Below, piece by piece: positions 24,635 to 32,415 of a stretch of DNA of 32,415 nt. A model generated the notes under the pieces. The model was not told the origin of the DNA, did no database searches, and worked only from the letters and a program-made list of their open reading frames with translations. Each line of letters opens with the position of its first letter. Within the stretch, counting starts at the first letter, position 1. The DNA is taken from NCBI RefSeq assembly GCF_001194135.2, contig NC_068982.1, positions 179,622,420-179,654,834 on the forward strand, written 5' to 3'. Origin of the DNA: Octopus bimaculoides. Its lineage: Eukaryota. Both the position numbers and the translations under genes were made by a program.

Positions 24635-25596
24635 NNNNNNNNNNNNNNNNNNNNNNNNNNNNNNNNNNNNNNNNNNNNNNNNNNNNNNNNNNNNNNNNNN
24701 NNNNNNNNNNNNNNNNNNNNNNNNNNNNNNNNNNNNNNNNNNNNNNNNNNNNNNNNNNNNNNNNNNNNNNNNNNNNNNNNNNNNNNNNNNNNNNNNNNNN
24801 NNNNNNNNNNNNNNNNNNNNNNNNNNNNNNNNNNNNNNNNNNNNNNNNNNNNNNNNNNNNNNNNNNNNNNNNNNNNNNNNNNNNNNNNNNNNNNNNNNNN
24901 NNNNNNNNNNNNNNNNNNNNNNNNNNNNNNNNNNNNNNNNNNNNNNNNNNNNNNNNNNNNNNNNNNNNNNNNNNNNNNNNNNNNNNNNNNNNNNNNNNNN
25001 NNNNNNNNNNNNNNNNNNNNNNNNNNNNNNNNNNNNNNNNNNNNNNNNNNNNNNNNNNNNNNNNNNNNNNNNNNNNNNNNNNNNNNNNNNNNNNNNNNNN
25101 NNNNNNNNNNNNNNNNNNNNNNNNNNNNNNNNNNNNNNNNNNNNNNNNNNNNNNNNNNNNNNNNNNNNNNNNNNNNNNNNNNNNNNNNNNNNNNNNNNNN
25201 NNNNNNNNNNNNNNNNNNNNNNNNNNNNNNNNNNNNNNNNNNNNNNNNNNNNNNNNNNNNNNNNNNNNNNNNNNNNNNNNNNNNNNNNNNNNNNNNNNNN
25301 NNNNNNNNNNNNNNNNNNNNNNNNNNNNNNNNNNNNNNNNNNNNNNNNNNNNNNNNNNNNNNNNNNNNNNNNNNNNNNNNNNNNNNNNNNNNNNNNNNNN
25401 NNNNNNNNNNNNNNNNNNNNNNNNNNNNNNNNNNNNNNNNNNNNNNNNNNNNNNNNNNNNNNNNNNNNNNNNNNNNNNNNNNNNNNNNNNNNNNNNNNNN
25501 NNNNNNNNNNNNNNNNNNNNNNNNNNNNNNNNNNNNNNNNNNNNNNNNNNNNNNNNNNNNNNNNNNNNNNNNNNNNNNNNNNNNNNNNNNNNNNNN
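24635..25596. other. assembly gap
   Basis: Run of N. Confidence 0.95.
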
Positions 25597-25629
<33 letters not shown>

Positions 25630-25725
25630 CTATGTGGGAGAATATACAAAAAATAACAACAGACGAGGACAGGTGGTGTAAATAACAAAAGTATATATTA
25701 GTATGACGCTCGGGAATACGGAAAG

Positions 25726-25762
25726 TCTTTGACGTTTCGAGCTACGCTCTTCAACAGAAAGA
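25726..25762 (-). ncRNA. minimal type I hammerhead-like motif with variant core
   Basis: Minus strand: TCTTT CTGTTGA A GAGC GTA GCTC GAAAC GTC AAAGA, with perfect 5-bp stem I, 4-bp stem II and GUC cleavage triplet. Confidence 0.6.
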
Positions 25763-25882
25763 ATACGGAGACAAGGAGAAAAACACGGAGAAAAAAAATT
25801 GAATAGTGTTCAGTCAACGGTTAATCATAATAATGGCCGATCATAACAATGACTGACCGGAAGTTAGAAATTTTTATTTCAG

Positions 25883-25971
25883 GAGAGCTAAGAAAGGGGG
25901 AGATAACATACTATACATGCCGAAATCAGTTTCCAAGTCACAAGTTACCTGAAGATCATGTGTATTTGCAG
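25883..25971 (+). CDS. candidate 89-nt exon (xELRKGEITYYTCRNQFPSHKLPEDHVYLQ), product not recognised
   Basis: Acceptor AAATTTTTATTTCAG, donor CAG|GTGAGA, open in phase 1 to 0, non-repetitive sequence. Confidence 0.35.
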
Positions 25972-26128
25972 GTGAGACTCAGAGTAGCAAGAGACTGACA
26001 TGACTAAATTAAAATATCATTAATATCTACCATGGTGCTGAGTACTTTTTTTTGGCGACAATTGATACACATACATACATACATACATACATACATACAT
26101 ACGTAACAGATGTAGAGGCTCGAGATCA

Positions 26129-26993
26129 GTGCAAACAGCCTCCGAATGTCATATAGCCTCGCTCACACAGCACTTGTTAAACAACAGCAGCAAAAATAAA
26201 TACATTAACTTAATGATGAAAAGTGAAGAGAATAATAGCTGTCATGCCAGCAGCGAGCTCATCGGGAAGCATTCTCTTCCTGATGCCGTTCCACACAACC
26301 CCAAAACAGTCGGACTAACATACTTCAAAGAGAACCTGGATGTGAAACGCTCAGCACACCACCAAAAGAAAAAAAAAAAAAGAACATGCATGGGTAGGTT
26401 TCCCGAAGACTTGGAGACAGTAATATTGACATGATTCGTGACCACTACATCACATTACACTTCAAAGGGTACGCATTTGCGATCCAGAAACAAGAGATTG
26501 CTACTAAATACCTAATAAACAAAAGAGGCAGTTAACTTATTAGAGTTCCAAGATGCAATCGAAAGTGTAGATTATGTCATATTTCTGTGCGAAACATCAT
26601 ACATGTGATTAACAGCTGCCGAAAGATGTCAACCCTATGCGACATGACGTTGTCGCAAAAATAATATTCAATGTCATTCGGAAAAAAAAAGACTGCCCTG
26701 TAATATATAGAGAGAATCTCCCAGTTATTGAATACGTGCACAAAGATCAACACAAGGAATGCCAGTGGAACATTCCTGTCAAAACCTCTGTCAAGTGTAA
26801 ACGTAACAAGCCGGGTATTGATATTTGGGACGGACAACAAAAGTGTGTACCATCATAGAAGCCAGCGGTCCTGCTGACGTGAATATCTCTGAAAGTCAAA
26901 CAGAAAGAGGGTAAATATGGACAACTGTTTCGAAACCTCCAGCTTCTATACCCAGATTACAAGTTTACATTTATACGAACAATAATTGGAGTA
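26129..26993 (+). mobile_element. R4/Dong-like RLE non-LTR retrotransposon, C-terminal region (left part)
   Basis: FKGYAFAIQKQEIATKY; CCHC knuckle CRLCHISVRNIIHVINSC; RHDVVAKII; PD-(D/E)xK-type region NKPGIDIWD..IIEASGPADVNI..KEGKYGQLFRNLQLLYPDYKF. Multiple frameshifts. Confidence 0.85.
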
Positions 26994-28449
26994 CAGTTCT
27001 ATATTTAAGAGATGAGGAATTATTTACATTATTTACATTCGACGGATATTTGTCCAGCGGACAAGGGAAATGCTACAGTAGTGATGAACAAGTCTGACTA
27101 CTCTGAAAAATTGGCAAGTCTTATAAGTGATGGTAGCTAGAACAAAGAAAAGAAAGACCCAATTCAGAAAACAGAGAGGAAGTTGTCACAGATCTTGATC
27201 AAGAACAAGGATCACTTAACACCAATGAAGTACAGACAACTGATTCCACACCACAGTAGACTACCACACATGTACGGTCTCCTTAAGGTTCACAAAGATG
27301 GTATTCCATTAAGACCTATAGTGAGCTGTTGAGGTTCAGAATGTCATCCACTGAGCCGCTTCCTTGTGGATATAATCAGTCCATTAGCAGGAAAGTCAAC
27401 ATCGTACGTGAAGAATTCCACCCATTTCACAGAATTGATTCCAACCAGATGGTGAGTCTAGATGTGATAAGCCTGTTCACCAAAGTCCCAACTAGTGAAG
27501 CACTTTGGGTGATACAAGAAAAACTAGTGACAGACACCCATCTAAAAGAACTCACTAGTTTGCCAATAAGAAACTTGATGGAAATGTCGACCTTCGGTGT
27601 AGAAACTACTTACTTCAGTATGGACACTGATATATATCGACAAGAGGAGGGTTTAGCTATGGGTTCGCCATTATCACCGATAATAGCCAATATATTCATA
27701 GAATACTTTGAGAATTTGACTTTAAGATCAACACCACTAAAACCAACACTATGGTTACAATATGTTGATGACACCTTTATACTCTGGCCCTACCAGAAAG
27801 ATGTCCAAGTGCTGTTAGATCACGTGAACTCAATAAAGCCATCCATACAGTTCACAATGGAAAAGGAAAAAGACAATCAGCTGGCATTCCTGGACGTATT
27901 GATAACACGCACCAAGTATGGATTCAGGACATCCGTATACCGCAAGCCGACCTTTATTGGAAGATACCTCAACTTCATTCCCACCATCCATACAGTGTAA
28001 AGAGAGGGATTACTCAAAGTAATACAACACTTCACAAATATCTCCTTCAAGTAAAACCACCAATAGAAGAGAATATGACTAAACACTGCGTGTATTCCAT
28101 CCCATGCAGATGTGTTAAGTTATACAAAAGTGAAATATGTCGCCCCCTCAAAATAAGGGTAGAGGAACATCGCAAAGCTGTGACACGAAGAGATATTGAT
28201 AAATCGGGTATAGCTGATCATGTATGGAAAAATGGAGACCACCTCCCCCTGTGGGATGAAGTCAAAATAATTGACAGAGAACACCACTGGAAAATACGAA
28301 AACTAAAAGAAGCAACACATATGCTAGGACAAAACAACCTCCTAAGCAAACCGAGTGCATATATGAGCAGCATATGGGAACCGGTATTAAGGAAGGATAG
28401 AAAAATATTAGATTTATAAGCACTAAAATTCACTCCATAATTGCCCACG

Positions 28450-28522
28450 GGCATATGGCGTAGTGGTTAAGAGCGCGGGGCTACTAACCCCAAGATTCCA
28501 AGTTCGATTCCATGCAGTGACT
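28450..28522 (+). ncRNA. tRNA-like unit (A box/B box) in the PLE 3' region; not a functional tRNA
   Basis: A box TGGCGTAGTGG (28456-28466), anticodon-like stem-loop GGGG-CTACTAA-CCCC, AAGATTCC variable/T arm, B box AGTTCGATTCC (28501-28511). No convincing acceptor stem. Confidence 0.8.
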
Positions 28523-28617
28523 CGAACAACAATAATAATAATAATAGTAGTAATAATAATAATAATAACATCGAAAAATACCTTAGGAATGAGAACCCAG
28601 GTTCGAAATTTCCTCAA

Positions 28618-28663
28618 GACACCTAAAGAAGGCTGGAGGGTATATCAGCCGAAACTTTGTGTT
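28618..28663 (+). ncRNA. minimal hammerhead motif, mutated copy
   Basis: GACAC CTAAAGA A GGCTG GAGGGTATAT CAGCC GAAAC TTT GTGTT. Sister copies supply CCTGAA (20279-20284, minus) and GAAACGTT (20627-20634, minus). Confidence 0.7.
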
Positions 28664-28728
28664 AACAACAAACAAGATTTGGACAAATATCCGTCGAAAT
28701 TATGTAAATTATGTAAATAATTGGAGTA

Positions 28729-28880
28729 TTTGTTTTGTGAATAAATGCCTAACAGAAGAGCTTGGATTTTCCAAAAAAAATTAACCAACTGACACGTACA
28801 TTACATATACAATCTGTAAGTGGAACAGTAAAAATATGCAAGACTTTTCTCAAGTTTATAAATGTATCATAGTTCTCATT
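28729..28880 (+). mobile_element. continuation and 3' end of the R4/Dong-like element after the PLE insertion
   Basis: FVNKCLTEELGFSKK-INQLTRTLHIQSVSGTVKICKTF resumes directly after the TSD that closes ...RTIIGV at 26993. Confidence 0.8.
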
Positions 28881-30115
28881 ATCGTCATTCCAACGATGGA
28901 GTTTTATATCTTTCTTAGAAACAAGCTCCTTTCTCGGAGGAAGAATTTAAATACTAATAATCCAAAGGAGAAGAAAACACATATACGCACACACACACAA
29001 ACACACACGTATGTATGTATGCATGTATGTATGTATGTATTATGTTGTGAAGAATCGAAGCAGTTCTTTTATAATTATAACTCTTCGAATGATCAGTGTG
29101 TGAAGCATGCCTCCCCAATAATATTGAAGTCGACCTGTTAAAGCAGAGCATGGGGCTTATATCATTAATTTATGAACTGTAAGCAACAGCATACTACTGA
29201 GACTAGACTTCCCATGTCTTAAAATGATACTGAATGTCACAAAACAAACAAACAACGTAGAATGTGTGTTAAAGATCTAGGATAAAAGCTCTATGTATAT
29301 AAATCTATATTTAACACGAAGGCGACTGCGTGTTGTTTTAATTTATTATATTCCATTGAAGCATATCTGTCTTGAAGTGTTCCATGAAATTGCTAAGTAC
29401 AATTTCAAAGCCCTGATACTCATCTAGAAATGAAACGGAATTGAAGACAGGAGCTATTCCATACGAAACACTTGTGAGAAAAGCTCTTGTTAATATCGGA
29501 AATATACAATGTTTCAACAACTTGTTCTCTTCTCTCATTACTCGGACTTCTAAGAGAAGGATAGGTTAGATAGCTTCATATTATATAATGTGAACTAACT
29601 AGCAGTTTTCGTGTGACCTTCACCGAATGAGAAGAGAGAACAAAACAGACACTTTGGGACCGGCTTGAAAATATTATCCTTTAGGAGACTAATTTGAGTC
29701 CTCTAAATTGCTCAATTTGTTTAATAATAAGTTTATAAATTATATTACAAATAAACAATTGTGTGGAATATAACGTTTGGGCACGGAGTCGTATTAGTCA
29801 TGAACAAACATCTTAATTCATAAAACAAAATACAAAATACACAAATGTATATGTATATATGTACGTATGTATAGAGTGTGTTTAGTTTTCTGTGAGAAAG
29901 AAGACAAGGCCAATTTTTCTGGTAGTGGGTGGCTCGGAGCTTTTCTCCGATAAAACATCCTGCTCAAAGCATCAGATCTTTCTTTTTTTCTCACAGCAAA
30001 CTGAACTGGTTGAACTTATTCCACTTTGTGAACTTTACGTAAATATGATGTAATTACACGCATACACGCACAAGTGCACACAGACGCACATAGATGCACA
30101 CGTATACACACACAT

Positions 30116-30171
<56 letters not shown>

Positions 30172-30939
30172 CACATAATTGTATAATAATTGCATAACAT
30201 AACACACTGAATCGTTTAGCATCAAATCTATGTAAGTTTGATTGGTTAACTGCATAAGACTTTTATTTTATTTTTTCAATTTTCATTTTTGAACAAACAA
30301 AAAAACTGGCGAAATGTGACGCAGAACTAAACATTGATTTGATTTGATATGAATAAAGAGAATCTGGTAGCTTCAGTTTCTATGCTGTGTTAAATGACAG
30401 TAGACAATATTTTATGTTTGTTTACAAACAGTCAATGCCAAACCAGTCAAATACATTCACGTTATTGTTGCCATTTCAATGAATTAAAGACTATTAAAGT
30501 TCAGATTCGGGCATAATTTTATTTTGTTTTTAATTGTATAATAAACTTTTTCAGTATGTAGGTAAAAATTTGTAAACAAACAATGTTGAATCAAGCAGTG
30601 AATGGATGCCATCTTGTTGTTTTCATCATGGACTATATTAACATTTAAATATTTATCCGCACGATCCTAGTTCTTTTTTATTGCCTCCTTTGGATGGTGT
30701 GAAAGTCATTGCTAGGACGTATAAAATTCACTAACCTTAAGTAATTGAAGAATATCAAATATGATAGAAAGAAAAACCATAATTCTATGTCAACGTCGAT
30801 ACCATTAAATATAAAGGGAAGGATAACTTAGGTACGATGGAACATTAAGAGCGCGTATACGAAACACAGCAAATTTTTAAATAATTACATCTTGGTCTTC
30901 TTTTATCATACATATGTGTGCGTATGTATTTGTGTGTGT

Positions 30940-31167
30940 GTTATTTCTTTACTACCCACAAGGGGCTACACACAGAGGGGACAAACAAGGACAGACAAAC
31001 GGATTAAATCGATTATATTGACCCCAGTTCGTAACTGGTACTTATTTAATCGACCCCGAAAGGATGAAAGGCAAAGTCGACCTCGGCGGAATTTGAACTC
31101 AGAACGTAGCGGGCAGACGAAATACCGCTAAGCATTTCGCCCGGTGTTCTAACGGTTCTGCCAGCTC
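30940..31167 (-). mobile_element. SINE family B, well preserved
   Basis: Reverse complement CGAGCTGGCAGAACCGTTAGAACACCGGGCGAAATGCTTAGCGGTATTTCGTCTGCCCGCTACGTTCTGAGTTCAAATTCCGCCGAGGTCGACTTTGCC...GTAGTAAAGAAATA. Confidence 0.9.
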
Positions 31168-31295
31168 GTGTGTGTACATGGGTGCATGTATGTGTATGCG
31201 TGTATGTGTATGCGTGTATGTGTATGCATGTGTGTGTATGCGTGTATGTGTATATGTATGCGTGTATGTGTATATGTATGTGCGCGTGTGCGTTC

Positions 31296-31362
<67 letters not shown>
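31168..31362. repeat. (TATGTG/TATGCG)n then (GT)n repeat
   Basis: Read directly from the sequence. Confidence 0.9.
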
Positions 31363-31364
<2 letters not shown>

Positions 31365-32234
31365 TACAACCTGAATATTGCATGAAGGCACCAGACGTGT
31401 AATAAAATGGTGTCTGTGTCGTTTTCCTTGCATGAAATTATTAGTCGCTTATAAAAATTTATACTGTGTTGATTAAAAAATATTTATGTCACCAGATGGA
31501 GTACTTTTTTTTTTTGAGCTTAACTTCACAGAACAGTATACCAAGTATGTATGTATGTATGTATGTATGTATGTATGTATGTATGTCTATACACGCACAT
31601 ACATACATACATACATACATATGGGTGAGTAACATGGTTACAATACGTTACTACAAATAACTTTTTATCGCCTACTCTGCGAATTCGGTCAATTGCACAC
31701 TCCAGTTCAAAGAAAGGGAGGATCAAGGCTCCTTCCCGTGGCATAGATTCACGAACCCAGTATTCTGTGGTGTATGTATTCCCCACTGGACTGCATGCAA
31801 AAATTTTTTCCCCACGAGAGTTACGGATCCAAGTTATGAATTCATTTGCATACAACCAATCAGCACTCAACTATCAAACTAATTTATGAGCGCATAACAA
31901 GTGATGGGCGATAAAGTAAGGTCACTTGGGTAAGGAATGACCATGCTTCTTTTCTCCTTTAAGAATACTTGTTGTTCTTGTTTCAACCATGGCTGCCTCT
32001 GCGTAGTTATTTGCGTTGTTTACTTAGTAAAACAGTATGTGGAGAAGTTTGCTAGCACTTCACCTTCTACCCACATTTTCCCCATCCACATCTTTACTAT
32101 ATGGAGCCCTAACATGATCCGATGATAGGTGTAGGTGCAAATCTATCTAATTACTTCTCTCCTTCTAAAATCAAGCATAGCTTGGCGATCTGTCGTAGGG
32201 CGTGTTTGCTGACAAGATCAGGGTGAGTTCTGAT

Positions 32235-32360
32235 TGAATGGACTGGGAAAATGTGAAATAAGGTGTTTTGCTTAGGAATACAGCACATCGCCTGGCCCAG
32301 GAATCGAAACCACAATCTTACGATCATAAGTACAATTTAACCACTAAATCACGCGCCTCC
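32235..32360 (-). mobile_element. SINE family C, 5' part
   Basis: GAATGGACTGG..GTGAAATAAGGTGTTTTGC..CCCAGGAATCGAAACCACAATCTTACGATCAT..CCACTAAATCACGCGCCTCC. Confidence 0.8.
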
Positions 32361-32415
32361 GCGCATATTCCAGTTCCTAGACTGTACATGTGTGTCTATA
32401 CATCTATGTATATAT

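Larger units (their letters stand above)
26994..28715 (+). mobile_element. Penelope/Poseidon-type PLE, 5'-truncated, with inverted 5' tail piece and 13-bp TSD
   Basis: ADKGNATVVMNKSDY, PHMYGLLKVHKDGIPLRPIVS, MVSLDVISLFTKVP, GLAMGSPLSPIIANIF, YVDDTF, LAFLDV, then GIY-YIG relic CVYSIPC..RVEEH..SGIADH..RKLKEA ending at 28419. AATAATTGGAGTA at 26981-26993 and 28716-28728. Confidence 0.95.

Noticed and set aside
13839-25688. Long 300-400 aa ORFs containing X runs
   Set aside because: They are open only because they cross N gaps.
28450-28522. Genuine tRNA gene with ACT anticodon
   Set aside because: No proper acceptor stem or oligo-T terminator; it is embedded in a retroelement and repeated at 20341-20410.
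29338-29563. Minus-strand acceptor with CTAAC branch point and two partly open frames (one faintly Ig-like)
   Set aside because: No convincing donor and no recognisable motif; too weak to call.
3228-31433. Dozens of ORFs rich in [10 protein letters not shown] or LSIY repeats
   Set aside because: They are translations of di- and tetranucleotide microsatellites.
1-32415. CRISPR array, rRNA or prokaryotic operon
   Set aside because: No regularly spaced repeat-spacer array, no rRNA-like sequence and no dense coding; the DNA is eukaryotic and repeat-rich.

Overview
AT-rich metazoan genomic DNA, very dense in microsatellites and SINEs. The SINE families and repeat density suggest a coleoid cephalopod, probably Octopus (inference, no database check). 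It contains six N-gaps and no intact protein-coding gene; almost all listed ORFs are microsatellite or gap artefacts. Recognisable content is decayed mobile DNA: a mariner with TIRs and TA TSD (929-2132), a Neptune-type Penelope-like (PLE) fragment (7342-8215, minus), a CRE-like RT relic (~18880-19620), L1/Tx1 fragments, and an R4/Dong-like RLE retroelement split by a nested Penelope/Poseidon-type PLE (26994-28715) with a 13-bp TSD. Three tRNA-derived SINE families occur in many copies. The main observation is that this PLE carries, directly behind its GIY-YIG stop codon, a tRNA-like A/B-box unit, a minimal hammerhead-ribozyme (HHR) motif and a terminal hairpin. A second insertion at 20209-20665 has the same ORF end, tRNA-like unit and HHR remnant, so the cassette appears to be part of the retroelement. 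Several unrelated HHR-like motifs and a few weak candidate exons are also present.
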